Shown here: positions 8,206-13,160 of the stretch, one piece after another
Position numbering within the stretch: position 1 is the stretch's first letter
Layout: each line of letters opens with the position of its first letter
Source of the DNA: a virus
DNA: 13,160 nucleotides
Strand: one strand, 5' to 3'
Virus genome (UHGV): UHGV-0093041
The notes under the pieces: model-generated
Told to the model about the DNA's origin: nothing
The model's input: only the letters and a program-made list of their open reading frames with translations
Databases searched by the model: none
Program-made: the position numbers and the translations under genes

Positions 8206-8367
8206 ATGACAAAACGTCGTAAGAAATACCAGGAAAAAGAAGAGATTCGACACCCTGATTCACCTGAGGGATTAGTGGTAGCCGCAGCAAATAACAGGGC
8301 GTTCGCAGAGCGCCTTGTTGGTGTTTACAGACTAGCCAAAGCAGGAGTGAAACATGGGCGTCGTTAA
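8206..8367 (+). CDS. Small basic hypothetical protein, 53 aa (MTKRRKKYQEKEEIRHPDSPEGLVVAAANNRAFAERLVGVYRLAKAGVKHGRR)
   Basis: Not in the ORF track. AGGAG Shine-Dalgarno 5 nt before ATG 8206. Lies between cII and the replication initiator gene. Confidence 0.35.
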   Translation: MTKRRKKYQEKEEIRHPDSPEGLVVAAANNRAFAERLVGVYRLAKAGVKHGRR

Positions 8368-8416
8368 GTTAGCTGATTACAGGCATAACCCTGTACAACA
8401 TCAGGAGGCATCCAGT

Positions 8417-9244
8417 ATGGGGTATGTCTCTATACACCGCCAGTTTATGGACAGCAGGCTCTATAAGGACTCTCAGGCAGTACATCTTTGGCTTCACTTA
8501 ATCCTCAAGGCTAATCACGAATCTACTGTCGTCAATACGGATATCGGTCCGATAACTGTTGATCGCGGTCAGATGATAACTGGACGCCCGTCGCTGGTCA
8601 GAGAAACATTCATCCCCGACAACAAAGTTCGGAGCTTATTACGGACTTTTGAGTCGAAAGGGATGCTTAATATTTGCTCGATGGGGAAGAAATTTAGCCT
8701 GTTTACAATCGTTAAATATGATGATTTTCAGGCAAAAAATTGTCCAACGGTTGTCCAACGGTTGTCCAACGCAAACACCAGTAATGGCGCGGCTCTCAGC
8801 GGAGATTGTCCAACGGTTGTCCAACGGTTGTCCATAAACAATAATATAAATAATATCTCTAATACTGACGTATTAGAGAGTGCCACAGCAGACAAAAAGT
8901 CTGACAAGAAAAAACCTTCCGTTAGCTGTCAGGATGTTGTCGATGCTTACCACGAAATCCTTCCTGAAGCGCCAAGAATCCGCGCACTGAATGACAAGCG
9001 TAAAAACCAGATCCGAACGTTCTGGCGCAAAGCCGGAGTGATAACCCGCCAGCTTGACGGGCATGGGTTCACGATGCAGGACTGGAGAAATTATTTGAGC
9101 TACGTAGGCGAAAATTGCCGATGGATGTTCGAAGAGCGCCCAAACCATCAACGCGGAACCGTCTGGCACAAAAAGGGATTTGATTTCCTGCTTAACGATA
9201 ATACCTACCTGAAAGTTCGTGAGGGTGAACACGATGACCGATAA
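8417..9244 (+). CDS. Replication initiator (O-like origin-binding protein), 275 aa from ATG at 8417 (tabulated ORF starts at 8354)
   Basis: Contains the origin iterons within its coding sequence (encoded as repeated CPTVVQRLS peptide), as lambda O does. AGGAGG Shine-Dalgarno 8 nt before ATG 8417. Lies directly upstream of, and overlapping, the DnaB-like helicase gene. Confidence 0.7.
   Translation: MGYVSIHRQFMDSRLYKDSQAVHLWLHLILKANHESTVVNTDIGPITVDRGQMITGRPSLVRETFIPDNKVRSLLRTFESKGMLNICSMGKKFSLFTIVKYDDFQAKNCPTVVQRLSNANTSNGAALSGDCPTVVQRLSINNNINNISNTDVLESATADKKSDKKKPSVSCQDVVDAYHEILPEAPRIRALNDKRKNQIRTFWRKAGVITRQLDGHGFTMQDWRNYLSYVGENCRWMFEERPNHQRGTVWHKKGFDFLLNDNTYLKVREGEHDDR
8740..8838. repeat. 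Replication-origin iterons: two clusters of three tandem 11-bp direct repeats (TTGTCCAACGG) at 8740-8772 and 8806-8838, followed by an AT-rich tract (about 8839-8880)
   Basis: Directly visible: ttgtccaacggttgtccaacggttgtccaacgc ... ttgtccaacggttgtccaacggttgtccat, then aaacaataatataaataatatctctaatact. Confidence 0.75.
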
Positions 9245-10670
9245 TTTTTATGCGCCGCCCCATAGCATCGAGGCAGAGCAGGCGGTGATTGGTGGATTGC
9301 TTCTGGATGATGACAGCAGTGAGCGCGTCCAGAAAGTTCTGGCGATGCTGAAGCCTGATTCATTTTACAGCCGGCCACACAAAATCCTTTTCGAAGAAAT
9401 AACCAGAATGCACCGGGAGCAAAAGCCAGTAGATGGCCTGACGCTTTTCGATGAACTGGAGCGTAAATCGTTAACTGTGTCTGTTGGCGGTTTTGCTTAT
9501 ATCGCTGAGATCGCAAAGAACACGCCAAGCGCCGCAAACATCGTTGCCTATGCAATGCAGGTTCGTGAAACCGCAATGGAACGCTACGCCATCAACCGCA
9601 TGACTGAAGCGACGGAATTGCTCTATTCCCGCAATGGAATGACTGCAACGCAGAAGTACGAAGCTATTCAGGCGATTTTCACGCAACTGACAGACCATGC
9701 AAAAACCGGATCGCGTCGCGGCCTTCGCTCATTTGGTGAGGTCATGGAAGGCTGGGTTAGCGACCTTGAGAAGCGATTTGACCCATCAGGCGAACAACGG
9801 GGAATGAGCACAGGGATCCCATCGCTGGACAGGATGCTGTCACCGAAAGGTCTGGTGAAAGGCTCTCTGTTTGTCATTGGCGCTCGCCCTAAGATGGGGA
9901 AAACGACGCTATACAGCCAGATGGCAATCAACTGCGCAGTGCATGAGAAAAAGCCCGCTCTGATGTTCAGCCTTGAAATGCCAGGTGACCAGATACTGGA
10001 AAAACTGGTAGGACAGAAGTCAGGTGTTAACCCGAATATTTTTTACCTTCCGGCGACAAATGACGCTGATGACGGCTATCAGGGTGATTACGATGGTGAC
10101 TTCAACAGGGCGATCGAAACAGCAAATCGCTTGAGTGAAATCGACCTGCTTTACATCGACGACACGCCGGGATTATCTCTGGCTCAAATCGTCAGTGAAA
10201 GCCGTCGAATCAAGCGAGAAAAAGGATGTGTTGGCATGATTCTGGTCGATTACCTGACACTAATGACCGCTGAGAAGGCCGATCGCAACGACCTTGCTTA
10301 CGGCATGATCACCAAAGGACTGAAGAACCTTGCCAAAGAGCTTGATTGCGTTGTTGTGCTTCTGACACAGCTTAACCGCGCATTGGAAAGCCGAACCAAT
10401 AAACGCCCATTACCAAGTGACTCGCGCGATACAGGGCAGATTGAACAGGATTGCGATTATTGGGTGGGGATCCATCGTGAAGGTGCTTTTGATGACAGTG
10501 TTCCACCTGGTGAAACCGAACTAATCCTTCGTCTCAATCGTCATGGCAATACCGGCACGGTGTATTGCATTCAGGCAAATGGCGCTATTTATGACACAGA
10601 CCAACAGTCCGCTGAAATGCGCCGCCGTGAACGCGAGGAACCGCAATCCAAGAAGAAAGGAGGATTCTGA
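9234..10670 (+). CDS. Replicative DNA helicase, DnaB family, 478 aa from ATG at 9234 (tabulated ORF uses GTG at 9219)
   Basis: N-terminus PPHSIEAEQAVIGGLLLDD matches E. coli DnaB (PPHSIEAEQSVLGGLMLDN). Walker A GARPKMGKTT; helicase motifs ILVDYLTLM and LTQLNRALESR; SVGGFAYIAEIAKNTPSAANIVAYA parallels DnaB SVGGFAYLAELSKNTPSAANISAYA. Confidence 0.9.
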   Translation: MTDNFYAPPHSIEAEQAVIGGLLLDDDSSERVQKVLAMLKPDSFYSRPHKILFEEITRMHREQKPVDGLTLFDELERKSLTVSVGGFAYIAEIAKNTPSAANIVAYAMQVRETAMERYAINRMTEATELLYSRNGMTATQKYEAIQAIFTQLTDHAKTGSRRGLRSFGEVMEGWVSDLEKRFDPSGEQRGMSTGIPSLDRMLSPKGLVKGSLFVIGARPKMGKTTLYSQMAINCAVHEKKPALMFSLEMPGDQILEKLVGQKSGVNPNIFYLPATNDADDGYQGDYDGDFNRAIETANRLSEIDLLYIDDTPGLSLAQIVSESRRIKREKGCVGMILVDYLTLMTAEKADRNDLAYGMITKGLKNLAKELDCVVVLLTQLNRALESRTNKRPLPSDSRDTGQIEQDCDYWVGIHREGAFDDSVPPGETELILRLNRHGNTGTVYCIQANGAIYDTDQQSAEMRRREREEPQSKKKGGF

Positions 10671-10698
10671 TGACCATCTACATCACTGAGCTAATAAC

Positions 10699-10730
10699 AG
10701 GGGCTATTTACACAGTAGCCCTTTTTTATT
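10699..10730 (+). terminator. Rho-independent terminator (plus strand) just downstream of the helicase gene; tR2-like by position
   Basis: Stem GGGCTA (10701-10706) / TAGCCC (10716-10721) with a 9-nt loop, followed by TTTTTTATT (10722-10730). Confidence 0.6.
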
Positions 10731-10756
10731 GGATTAAGAGCGAGGGGTAAGTACCG

Positions 10757-10939
10757 ATGGTAAATGCATTTATTTGTAGTTTATTTCTTGTCGCGATTTT
10801 TCATGGATTCCTTCTGATGATGAGTTTTGTTCTCTGGAATAATGGATATCGCATATTGGGAGTAGGTTTTGTTTTACGGTTTTCAGTTGTCTGCGCGTTG
10901 CTACCGATAATTATGGCGACTATCAAATATTATTGGTAA
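10757..10939 (+). CDS. Small hydrophobic membrane protein, 60 aa
   Basis: Tabulated ORF with GAGGGG Shine-Dalgarno before the ATG. The sequence is almost entirely hydrophobic (two to three predicted transmembrane segments). Confidence 0.4.
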   Translation: MVNAFICSLFLVAIFHGFLLMMSFVLWNNGYRILGVGFVLRFSVVCALLPIIMATIKYYW

Positions 10940-10966
10940 CCCAAAAAATCATCGATGGAGAGTGAT

Positions 10967-11281
10967 ATGGACGAATCAAGAAAGCAGTTTGAGGAATACG
11001 TTGCCAAAAAATTGAGATTACCATTCGAGATGATAACCGAGGCAAGAAATGGTGATAGGTACTTCGCATTTTCAAGCATGGATATTCGTCACTCCTTAAA
11101 TGAGTGGTGGACTTTATGGCAGGCATCGCGATCAGCTATTGAAATAACCGCGCCAAAGTTTATCGACAGCAGAGAAGCATTAGCCAAAGGGTTTACTGTT
11201 GATTATTCCAATGGCTTCGGTGATGCAATGGATGCTTATGAGGAAAACATCCGCGCTGCTGGAGTCAAAGTGAAGGAGTGA
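10967..11281 (+). CDS. Hypothetical protein, 104 aa from ATG at 10967 (tabulated ORF starts at 10955)
   Basis: GGAGAG Shine-Dalgarno 5 nt before ATG 10967. No recognisable family. Confidence 0.55.
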   Translation: MDESRKQFEEYVAKKLRLPFEMITEARNGDRYFAFSSMDIRHSLNEWWTLWQASRSAIEITAPKFIDSREALAKGFTVDYSNGFGDAMDAYEENIRAAGVKVKE

Positions 11282-11283
11282 GC

Positions 11284-11469
11284 ATGAGTCGACGAAGTAG
11301 CTTTTTGGGGTTTGTAATATTCCTGTCCTGCACTGGTTACATCGTAATCTGGTCAATTTCGAACATTGACCGTGGCGGGGAATATCTCATTGTAATGTTC
11401 TTTCCTTTGTTTCTTGGGTGGTACGCCGCAAGGTTGCTGGAAGAATGGGGTTACAGGCATAAAAAATAA
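11284..11469 (+). CDS. Small membrane protein, 61 aa, two predicted transmembrane helices
   Basis: AAGGAG Shine-Dalgarno before ATG 11284. Hydrophobic stretches SFLGFVIFLSCTGYIVIWSI and YLIVMFFPLFLGWYAARLL. Confidence 0.5.
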   Translation: MSRRSSFLGFVIFLSCTGYIVIWSISNIDRGGEYLIVMFFPLFLGWYAARLLEEWGYRHKK

Positions 11470-11480
11470 AGGAGTGTTCA

Positions 11481-11891
11481 GTGAAGCAAACAATATTCCT
11501 CCGAACTAAGCAACAACAGCAAGCTGCAATAAATGCCATCCTCGCAACACCACTCGATAAAGACAAGCCAGTCACCATCCGCATTACTGACTACAAGCGC
11601 AACCTTGACCAGAACGCAAAATTTCACGCGATGGTCGCAGATATCGCTAGGCAAGTTCAGTGGCGCGACAAATGGTTAAAACCGGAACAATGGAAGGTTT
11701 TGTTGATCAGCGGTCATGCAGTGGCTACAAAGCAGGAAGCTGATGTTTTGCCCGGGCTTGAAGGCGAATACGTCAACATTCGCGAAAGTAGCGCGCAGAT
11801 GAGCGTGAAGCGTATGGCAAGTCTGATTGAGTACACGACAGCATGGGCTATTGGTCAGGGTGTCAGATTTACCGACAGGAGGTACGAATGA
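11481..11891 (+). CDS. ninB: NinB (Orf-family recombination protein), 136 aa, GTG start
   Basis: AAGGAG Shine-Dalgarno before GTG 11481. [33 protein letters not shown] parallels lambda NinB RSLDQNRKLWACLGDVSRQVEWHGRWLDAESWK. Confidence 0.85.
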   Translation: MKQTIFLRTKQQQQAAINAILATPLDKDKPVTIRITDYKRNLDQNAKFHAMVADIARQVQWRDKWLKPEQWKVLLISGHAVATKQEADVLPGLEGEYVNIRESSAQMSVKRMASLIEYTTAWAIGQGVRFTDRRYE

Positions 11892-12070
11892 GACGACAGC
11901 GACGAAGTATCACCGACATCATCTGCGAAAACTGCAAATACCTTCCAACGAAGCGCTCCAGAAATAAACGCAAGCCAATCCCAAAAGAATCTGACGTAAA
12001 AACCTTCAACTACACGGCTCACCTGTGGGATATCCGGTGGCTTAGAGAACGTGCGAGGAAAACAAGGTGA
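11888..12070 (+). CDS. ninE: NinE-like protein, 60 aa
   Basis: ATG overlaps the ninB stop (ATGA) with AGGAGG upstream. [40 protein letters not shown]... matches lambda NinE from memory. Confidence 0.75.
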   Translation: MRRQRRSITDIICENCKYLPTKRSRNKRKPIPKESDVKTFNYTAHLWDIRWLRERARKTR

Positions 12071-12237
12071 TTGACCCAAATCGAAGTTACGAACAAGAAA
12101 GCGTCGAGCGGGCTTTAACGTGCGCTAACTGCGGTCAGAAGCTGCATGTGCTGGAAGTTCACGTGTGTGAGCACTGCTGCGCAGAGCTGATGAGCGATCC
12201 GAATAGCTCAATGTACGAGGAAGAAGACGATGAGTGA
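12067..12237 (+). CDS. ninF: NinF-like protein, 56 aa, GTG start overlapping the ninE stop
   Basis: Not in the ORF track. ...[43 protein letters not shown]... matches lambda NinF (Cys-rich, zinc-ribbon-like) from memory. Confidence 0.75.
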   Translation: MIDPNRSYEQESVERALTCANCGQKLHVLEVHVCEHCCAELMSDPNSSMYEEEDDE

Positions 12238-12499
12238 TTTCTCTGAGCTTATTTCCTTCAAAAAAGACAGAGAAGAAATGCGGACTGAATCTGTCTATTA
12301 CGTTCAACACCGGAATAAACGCTCTGTGCTTGATCAGGAGCTGGTTATTACCGGAGACCTGGCATTCAGAACATATAAGGCCAGCATGGAAATGAAGGAT
12401 TTCCCTAAATGTGGTTCTGAAAGAGAAGCCGCGTTAAAGCTGGCAGAGTGGATGCAGAGAATGGCTGCTGCAATTGAGAATTACTGGAGCGAACCATAA
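12230..12499 (+). CDS. Hypothetical protein, 89 aa, inserted between ninF and ninG
   Basis: Tabulated ORF; the ATG overlaps the ninF 3' end by 8 nt and the stop overlaps the ninG start (TAATG). Confidence 0.6.
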   Translation: MSDFSELISFKKDREEMRTESVYYVQHRNKRSVLDQELVITGDLAFRTYKASMEMKDFPKCGSEREAALKLAEWMQRMAAAIENYWSEP

Positions 12500-13110
12500 T
12501 GGCTAAACCAGCGCGAAGACGATGTAAAAACGATGAATGTCGGGAATGGTTTCACCCTGCATTCGCTAATCAGTGGTGGTGCTCTCCAGAGTGTGGAACA
12601 AAGATAGCACTCGAACGACGAAGCAAAGAACGCGAAAAAGCGGAAAAAGCAGCAGAGAAGAAACGACGACGAGAGGAGCAGAAACAGAAAGATAAACTGA
12701 AGATTCGAAAACTCGCCTTAAAGCCCCGCAGTTACTGGATTAAACAAGCCCAGCAAGCCGTAAACGCCTTCATCAGAGAAAGAGACCGCGACTTACCATG
12801 TATCTCGTGCGGAACGCTCACGTCTGCTCAGTGGGATGCCGGACATTACCGGACAACTGCTGCGGCACCTCAACTCCGATTTGATGAACGCAATATTCAC
12901 AAGCAATGCGTGGTGTGCAACCAGCATAAAAGCGGAAATCTCGTTCCGTATCGCGTCGAACTGATTAATCGCATAGGGCAGGAAGCAGTAGACGAAATCG
13001 AATCAAACCATAGCCGCCATCGCTGGACTATCGAAGAGTGCAAGGCGATCAAGGCAGAGTACCAACAGAAACTCAAAGACCTGCGAAATAGCAGAAGTGA
13101 GGCCGCATGA
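12499..13110 (+). CDS. ninG: NinG / Rap (recombination-associated structure-specific endonuclease), 203 aa
   Basis: Tabulated ORF; Cys-rich N-terminus ([27 protein letters not shown]), basic linker and conserved CISCG...[11 protein letters not shown] motifs are typical of the lambda NinG/Rap family. Confidence 0.85.
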   Translation: MAKPARRRCKNDECREWFHPAFANQWWCSPECGTKIALERRSKEREKAEKAAEKKRRREEQKQKDKLKIRKLALKPRSYWIKQAQQAVNAFIRERDRDLPCISCGTLTSAQWDAGHYRTTAAAPQLRFDERNIHKQCVVCNQHKSGNLVPYRVELINRIGQEAVDEIESNHSRHRWTIEECKAIKAEYQQKLKDLRNSRSEAA

Positions 13111-13160
13111 CGTTCTCAGTAAAAACCATTCCAGACATGCTCGTTGAAGCATACGGAAAC
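13107..13160 (+). CDS. ninH: NinH-like protein, 5' end only (truncated by the window edge)
   Basis: ATG at 13107 overlaps the ninG stop (ATGA); [18 protein letters not shown] matches the lambda NinH N-terminus from memory. Confidence 0.7.
   Translation, partial: MTFSVKTIPDMLVEAYGN

Noticed and set aside
8740-8838. Tandem direct repeats considered as a possible CRISPR array
   Set aside because: Repeats are only 11 bp, directly abutting with no spacers, and lie inside a replication initiator ORF; they are origin iterons.
8639-9931. Minus-strand ORFs 8639-8824, 8873-9232, 9205-9576, 9471-9698 and 9668-9931
   Set aside because: Antisense to the O-like initiator and DnaB-family helicase genes, whose protein-level matches are strong; treated as shadow ORFs.
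10670-10750. 26-aa hydrophobic ORF (MTIYITELITGAIYTVALFYWIKSEG) with a strong AAGGAGG Shine-Dalgarno, overlapping the helicase stop
   Set aside because: Its coding sequence contains the intrinsic terminator hairpin and T-run (10699-10730), so the hydrophobic peptide is probably an artefact of translating the terminator. Could still be a translated leader peptide; unresolved without expression data.

Overview
This window is the early/regulatory region of a mosaic lambdoid (pro)phage. Coordinates 500-6825 are a leftward (minus-strand) operon: Xis-like HTH protein, accessory genes, an SSB-like protein, Erf recombinase, Kil-like and cIII-like genes, Ea10, a PAPS-reductase-like cassette and antiterminator N with nutL. 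The immunity region (6303-7773) matches phage 434: cI, cro and six ACAA-N6-TTGT operators. The rightward (plus-strand) arm carries cII, an O-like initiator with internal ori iterons, a DnaB-family helicase and ninB/E/F/G/H. No intact integrase lies beside the xis-like gene. The most interesting candidates for undescribed function are the PAPS-reductase-like cassette in the slot where lambda carries ral/sieB, and a signal-peptide protein translationally coupled to cI in the slot where lambda carries rexAB. All identifications are from reading the sequence and from memory of family signatures; no database search was run.
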